64,000 nt of DNA from assembly GCA_033763315.1 (NCBI GenBank), contig JANRKS010000008.1:32001-96000 (forward strand), in the 5' to 3' direction. Position numbers and translations under genes: made by a program. The notes beneath the pieces are model-generated. The model ran no database searches. It worked only from the letters and a program-made list of their open reading frames with translations, and had not been told where the DNA came from. The DNA is from Deltaproteobacteria bacterium. GTDB lineage: Bacteria > Myxococcota_A > Polyangia > Fen-1088. Positions within the stretch are counted from its first letter, which is position 1, and each line of letters begins with the position of its first letter. Of the stretch, positions 57,213 through 64,000 are shown one piece after another.

Positions 57213-58468
57213 AGAGCAACCTGTGGTTGACGGCCGCCGTCGTGGGCGCGGCGGCGTGTACAAACTATGTGGACGCCATCTTGCCGCGCACGACGGCCGA
57301 CGGTGGCACGAAGGTCGACGTTGGGACCAAGATGGATGTGGATTCGGCGGAGAAGCCACTCATTTCGCTTGATTCACGCTTCGGCCAAGACGGAACGTTC
57401 TCCCTTGCGGTCTCGGCAAACGATGAAGTTGCGGATGCGTTCATCGGTCCCAATGGCACGACCTACGTGCTGCTAAAAGAAAGCTGCACTTTGGTGGCTG
57501 TGACAGGGAATGGCGTATTGGACGCCACGTTCGGCAAAGGTGGCGTGCTGCGCGCCGAACCAACCTGTGTGGCCCAGCGCTTGACCCTCGACCGGCAGAA
57601 CAAACGCATCCTTGTCATCACCAAGGGCAGCCCCAATTCGATCATGTTTGCGCACAACCTGGACGGCTCCCCAAGCGTCACATTGGCGGATGGAGACAAG
57701 GTAAAGATCGACTTCTCCAATGTGAGCAGTGTGCTCCCCACCCGCAATGGATTTCTGATTGCGGGGATGGGCACCAATATGGCTGGCGTGGTGGTAGGAG
57801 CCTTTGATGTGAAGGGAATTATGCTGAATCGCGAAACGGTCTCGCTCGCCGACGCGTCGAGCAAGGCGTACGTCTATAGCGTTGACGATGGCACAACGTT
57901 TGTTTTAAACGGCACGCGTAGTGCCGATGGGTTGCCGATCATGGATCTGGCAATCACCTCCGCCACCGAGTTCGCGAAACTGGGTTCGACCATGACGTTC
58001 AATCCGCTCGGCATCACGGGAAGTGCGCTGGCCTCACTCACCACCGCGACGAGGGGTTTCGGCGACCAACCCTTGGTCTTGGGCGAAGGTTGGCGCAAGG
58101 ACGCTCCGATGGATCAGCTGCCAATGATTTGGGCCCCCACTGACATGAAGTTCGGTGACAGGGGCGTCACAACGCTGCCTCACGGCATGACGACGGTCTA
58201 CGTCGACCTTGCGTTTGGGCCCGGACTCACCGCTGTGGTGGGCAGCGACGGGATAATGGGTGAACAACGGCCTGCGCTCACGCTGCTGGACGGCCAAGGC
58301 AATCTTGATCCACACGTTGCTAAAACAGGCTTTTTTACCCTGCCCTTCGCAGATCCCAGCGCCGCCGCCAAAGTGCTTTTCGCAAATGATGGGGCCATCT
58401 TGGTTTTGGGAAACATCGGCTTCCAAGGAAAAGCGAGCTTGTTTATAAGCCGGCTGGTTTTGAATTAG
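57206..58468 (+). CDS. Lipoprotein with delta-60-like beta-propeller repeats
   Basis: Lipobox AAAC; LDSRFGQDG, GVLDATFGKGG, MKFGDRG and GNLDPHVAKTG. Confidence 0.7.
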   Translation: MVKSNLWLTAAVVGAAACTNYVDAILPRTTADGGTKVDVGTKMDVDSAEKPLISLDSRFGQDGTFSLAVSANDEVADAFIGPNGTTYVLLKESCTLVAVTGNGVLDATFGKGGVLRAEPTCVAQRLTLDRQNKRILVITKGSPNSIMFAHNLDGSPSVTLADGDKVKIDFSNVSSVLPTRNGFLIAGMGTNMAGVVVGAFDVKGIMLNRETVSLADASSKAYVYSVDDGTTFVLNGTRSADGLPIMDLAITSATEFAKLGSTMTFNPLGITGSALASLTTATRGFGDQPLVLGEGWRKDAPMDQLPMIWAPTDMKFGDRGVTTLPHGMTTVYVDLAFGPGLTAVVGSDGIMGEQRPALTLLDGQGNLDPHVAKTGFFTLPFADPSAAAKVLFANDGAILVLGNIGFQGKASLFISRLVLN

Positions 58469-58689
58469 CGTTCTTTTCGCACGTGCAGCGGCGCTGCATC
58501 CCACCGGACGTTACTTTGTGGGGTGTTGTCGCCCACACAACACCTGTTGTGCGCGACGCGACAGGTCTGGCCAGGCCGGACACGAATTCATTGCGGAATT
58601 TGGTGGCACGCGGGCTGCAAAAGGAGCCCGCGCCCGCCTTCAATTCCGAAAAGCGGCAAGTCAGCGTTCAGTTCAATGGAGTCGATCGA

Positions 58690-60105
58690 ATGAAACGTGG
58701 CAGGGGCGGAGTTCTCAAGGGGCACGAGGACGCGGCGGGAGCTTTTCAACGAGTCATCGACGTTGTTGTCATCGCCGCGGCGCACGCGGCGGCGTGCAGC
58801 CTTTACGGCGAGACGTGGCGCCCAGCCCTGACGACGGCCACCGCCGTCGCCCTGGTGCTCTTTGGGTTCGTCTCGGAATCCCGCGGCCTTTACAGGGCTT
58901 ACCGCAATGAACGGCTGGTCAAAGAAGTCAGCGCCGTGGCGTGGACTTGGGCGTTGGTGGCGCCGCTGTTGGTGTTTGCGGCCTTTATCACGAAAACGTC
59001 GACGTCCTATTCACGCGTCATCACGCTCAGTTGGTTCTTTGCCGCAATGCTGGGGCTTTCACTGGTTCGCATTGGCGTGCGATTGGTGTTGCGCAAACTG
59101 CGCGGCATGGGGCACGACACCCGAACTTACGCGGTACTTGGAGCCACTGAAGCGGCCGAGCGTGTGATCACAGCGTTCGCTGAGCGACCGTGGACAGGCA
59201 ATCGGCTGGTGGGCGTGTATGACGATCGCACAGCGGATCGCCATCACAATTTCACCAAGGTGAACCCGGGGCCTGTGCGAGGCGGGTTGGCTTTACTATT
59301 GAAGGAAGCCCGCGAAGGCAAGATTGATTCGATCTACATCGCGTTCCCGCTGCGCGCGGAGGCCCGCGTGGGCGAGATCTTGCGAGCCTTGGCCGATACC
59401 ACCGTCACCGTTCATATGGTGGCTGATTTCTATACGTTCGATTTGCTGCATGGCCGCTGGGGGCAAGTGGGATCCCTGCCGGTGGTCAGCATCTATGATT
59501 CGCCATTCTCGGGGAACAACGGTTGGGTCAAACGGCTTGAGGACATCGTGCTCGGCTCAATCATTCTGGCGATCATAGCCATTCCAATGCTGGCTGTGGC
59601 GGCCGCCATAAAATTGACGTCCCCTGGTCCCGTGTTTTTCCGACAACGACGCTACGGCCTCAACGGTAAGGAGATTCGTGTTTTGAAGTTTCGCAGCATG
59701 ACCGTTGCTGAAGATGGGGCCAAAGTGGTGCAAGCCACCAAAGGCGACAAACGCGTGACGACCGTAGGCCGTTTCATTCGCCGCACATCCTTAGATGAGC
59801 TTCCCCAGTTTCTGCAAGTCATCACGGGCCAAATGTCGATCGTGGGGCCTCGGCCACACGCGGTGGCCCACAACGAAGAATACCGCGCGCTCATTCAAGG
59901 ATATATGTTGCGCCACAAGGTGAAACCGGGAATCACAGGCTGGGCACAGGTCAACGGCTTTCGCGGTGAAACCGACCAGATCGAAAAGATGGAAGGCCGC
60001 GTGGCGCATGACCTCGACTACATCAACAACTGGCACTTTTTGTTCGACCTGAAGATCATCTTCCTCACGATCTTTGGTTCAAAGACGCGCAGCAACGCTC
60101 AGTGA
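58690..60105 (+). CDS. wcaJ: Undecaprenyl-phosphate hexose-1-phosphate transferase (WcaJ-like)
   Basis: KRLEDI, KFRSM, SLDELPQF, SIVGPRPHA and VKPGITGWAQVNG; GGAG RBS before ATG 58690. Confidence 0.9.
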   Translation: MKRGRGGVLKGHEDAAGAFQRVIDVVVIAAAHAAACSLYGETWRPALTTATAVALVLFGFVSESRGLYRAYRNERLVKEVSAVAWTWALVAPLLVFAAFITKTSTSYSRVITLSWFFAAMLGLSLVRIGVRLVLRKLRGMGHDTRTYAVLGATEAAERVITAFAERPWTGNRLVGVYDDRTADRHHNFTKVNPGPVRGGLALLLKEAREGKIDSIYIAFPLRAEARVGEILRALADTTVTVHMVADFYTFDLLHGRWGQVGSLPVVSIYDSPFSGNNGWVKRLEDIVLGSIILAIIAIPMLAVAAAIKLTSPGPVFFRQRRYGLNGKEIRVLKFRSMTVAEDGAKVVQATKGDKRVTTVGRFIRRTSLDELPQFLQVITGQMSIVGPRPHAVAHNEEYRALIQGYMLRHKVKPGITGWAQVNGFRGETDQIEKMEGRVAHDLDYINNWHFLFDLKIIFLTIFGSKTRSNAQ

Positions 60106-60215
60106 CCTTTTCGCTGCGGGCCGCTTCCGCACCCCGCCGCCCAAACTCTGCCTAAACGAGCGGGGCCACGGCGTGGTGGCCCCCCTTGTGGTAAAGGCAA
60201 GGCCAATGACGGCCC

Positions 60216-61049
60216 ATGGCAATTAATTGGTATCCCGGTCACATGGCGACGGCGCGCAAGGCGGCCGCCGAAACGATGCGCAAAGTGGACCTCGTGATCG
60301 AGGTGCTTGACGCGCGCGTTCCGCATTCAAGCTGCAACCCCGTGTTCGAGGCGCTGCGGCGGCAAGGCAATAAACCCGCATTGAAACTTCTGAATAAGGC
60401 CGACGCCGCGGATCCCGCTCAAACCGAGTGGTGGCTGCAACACTACAAGGAACAACCTGGATCCAACGCGATCGCTTTGTGTGCCAAGCGGCCCCACGAC
60501 GTGCGCCGCCTGCCCGCGCTCTGCCAGGCGTTGCTTCCCGATCGCTGCACGTCGGAAAAGCCGCTACGCATGATGATCTTGGGTGTGCCCAACGTGGGAA
60601 AATCCACGCTGATGAATGCGTTGTTGAACCGCCACGTGGCCAACGTGGGCGATGAACCGGCCGTGACGAAAATGCAGATGTTTCACCAGCTGACGCCCGC
60701 CATGAGCTTGATCGACACACCCGGCATGTTGTGGCCAGGTATGACACAGGAAGCTTCATACAAGCTGGCCGCCACCCACAGCATCGGCCGCGCGGCCTAT
60801 GAAGATGAAGATGTGGCCGTTGATCTCGGGCGGCGTCTGTTGGCGCTTTATCCCGCTTTGTTGTCACAACGTTATGGTGAGCTGCCGCCCCATGGCGATG
60901 CGCACGCGCTGTTGGATCACATCGCGAACTTGCGCAAATTCGTCAAAAAAGGGGGCGGCGCGCCCGACGTAGCCAAGGCCTCTGTGGCTTTGTTAAATGA
61001 ATTTCGCGAAGGGAAGCTGGGCCCCATCACGCTGGATCGCGTGCCATGA
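60216..61049 (+). CDS. rbgA: Ribosome biogenesis GTPase RbgA/YlqF
   Basis: INWYPGHM, DARVP, NKAD, GVPNVGKST and DTPG in circularly permuted order. Confidence 0.95.
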   Translation: MAINWYPGHMATARKAAAETMRKVDLVIEVLDARVPHSSCNPVFEALRRQGNKPALKLLNKADAADPAQTEWWLQHYKEQPGSNAIALCAKRPHDVRRLPALCQALLPDRCTSEKPLRMMILGVPNVGKSTLMNALLNRHVANVGDEPAVTKMQMFHQLTPAMSLIDTPGMLWPGMTQEASYKLAATHSIGRAAYEDEDVAVDLGRRLLALYPALLSQRYGELPPHGDAHALLDHIANLRKFVKKGGGAPDVAKASVALLNEFREGKLGPITLDRVP

Positions 61050-62332
61050 GCCAGGACGAATTCTCGTCACCCGCCGAAACGTTCGCGGTCTTAGGGTTGG
61101 CGGAGCCCTTGTTGCGCGCCACGCAGCAACTTGGATTCACGCACCCGACGCCCGTGCAAGCTCAAGCCATTCCCGCCATCTTGCGCGGACTTGATGTGTG
61201 GGCGTCCGCCAAAACAGGTTCGGGCAAGACAGCGGCATTTGTGTTGCCCATGTTGCACATGCTGCGCGCCCGGCAACGCATAGTCATGCACCCCACGCCA
61301 GTGTTCGCTTTGGTGTTGTCGCCCACGCGTGAGCTGGCGATGCAAACCGCACAAGTCGTGAATGAGCTCAGCCGCACGATGGAGACGCCCCCGAAAGTGT
61401 GCGTGGCCGTCGGCGGCGTTTCGATCAACCCGCAGATGATGGACCTGCGTGGCGGCGCCGATGTGGTGGTGGCCACGCCAGGGCGCCTATTGGATTTGGT
61501 GGATCAGAACGCGTTGGAGCTTTCCGCCGTCAAGCAGCTCGTGCTTGATGAGGCTGACCGCTTGTTGTCACTCGGATTCACGGATGAGCTCGCGCGGGTG
61601 TTTGAGCTGCTACCCGAACACTGCCAAAAATTGCTGTTTTCGGCCACATTTCCGCCGGCCGTGCGCAAGCCTGTGCAGGCGCTTTTGCACGAGCCGGTCG
61701 CCATCAACATCGACGCAGGGGCTCTGCCTGATGTCAGCGCCATCAAACAGCGTGTGATCGAGGTCGACGACACAAAGCGTGGCCGTTTGCTGCAGCACTT
61801 GGTGAAAACGCACGAATGGCCTTCGGTGCTTGTGTTTGTGGCCACGCAATACGCCGCCGAGCACGTCACGAAGAAGCTGTTGCGCGATGGGTTCACGGCG
61901 GCGGATTTGCACGGCGAGCTGAGCCAAACGGCGCGGACGCAAGCGCTGGAAGATTTTAAGGCGGCGGATTTGCAGATCCTTGTGGCCACCGACCTCGCAT
62001 CTCGCGGCCTCGACATCGAACAGCTAAGCGCCGTGATCAATTACGATTTGCCGCGCTCACCTGCAGATTACTTGCATCGAATCGGACGCACGGGCCGCGC
62101 AGGACAATCAGGCGTGGCCGTGACGTTCATCAACGCCGCCACCAGTTCACACATGCGCCTCATCGAAAAGCGTCATGGCCTCACCTTGCCCCGCGAGACC
62201 ATCGCCGGCTTTCCGCCCACCGCCAACACGCCCGCGCCCGCCAACCCGCATGGTGGCATCAAAGGCAAGCGCAAGAGCAAGAAAGACAAGCTGCGCGAGG
62301 CTGCGGCCAAGGGGGAAACGTCTCAATCCTGA
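61046..62332 (+). CDS. DEAD-box RNA helicase (RhlE-like)
   Basis: PTPVQ, AKTGSGKT, PTRELA, TPGRL, DEAD, SAT and HRIGRTGR. Confidence 0.95.
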   Translation: MSQDEFSSPAETFAVLGLAEPLLRATQQLGFTHPTPVQAQAIPAILRGLDVWASAKTGSGKTAAFVLPMLHMLRARQRIVMHPTPVFALVLSPTRELAMQTAQVVNELSRTMETPPKVCVAVGGVSINPQMMDLRGGADVVVATPGRLLDLVDQNALELSAVKQLVLDEADRLLSLGFTDELARVFELLPEHCQKLLFSATFPPAVRKPVQALLHEPVAINIDAGALPDVSAIKQRVIEVDDTKRGRLLQHLVKTHEWPSVLVFVATQYAAEHVTKKLLRDGFTAADLHGELSQTARTQALEDFKAADLQILVATDLASRGLDIEQLSAVINYDLPRSPADYLHRIGRTGRAGQSGVAVTFINAATSSHMRLIEKRHGLTLPRETIAGFPPTANTPAPANPHGGIKGKRKSKKDKLREAAAKGETSQS

Positions 62333-62368
62333 CCCGGCAGGTCCAAGACGCTCCCCCAACCCAACCGC

Positions 62369-64000
<1,632 letters not shown>

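Overview
GC-rich, gene-dense chromosomal window. It most likely comes from a member of the Myxococcota, judging by a MYXO-CTERM-like tail, a DUF1592/DUF1552 pair, an ECF-FecR/TPR cassette and a Pfa3 with a C-terminal AGPAT domain. The main feature is a dispersed secondary-lipid locus: an isolated pfaD/pfa1 enoyl reductase (7.1-8.8 kb) next to a vanadium-haloperoxidase-like lipoprotein, a pfa2-pfa3 PUFA-type synthase (19.1-31.7 kb) with only one ACP and no AT domain in Pfa3, a convergent ArsA/Get3-like ATPase pair, and a complete oleABCD olefin operon (41.5-46.1 kb). Other genes encode a nitrate-type ABC transporter, a FadF-like oxidoreductase, GH106 and beta-helix glycoside hydrolases, peptidoglycan enzymes, a hybrid kinase, a chromosomal AAC(3)-I homolog, a barrel-protease-barrel operon, WcaJ, RbgA, a DEAD-box helicase and Acs. 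Non-coding signals read directly from the sequence are two identical divergent ECF-type promoters (GCTGAGCCG-N15-CGTCTCC), a double operator in front of a DUF2239 gene, many apparently leaderless genes, and a probable CTG start for pfa2. I saw no rRNA, tRNA, CRISPR array or mobile element. All family calls come from motif recognition; no database search was run.
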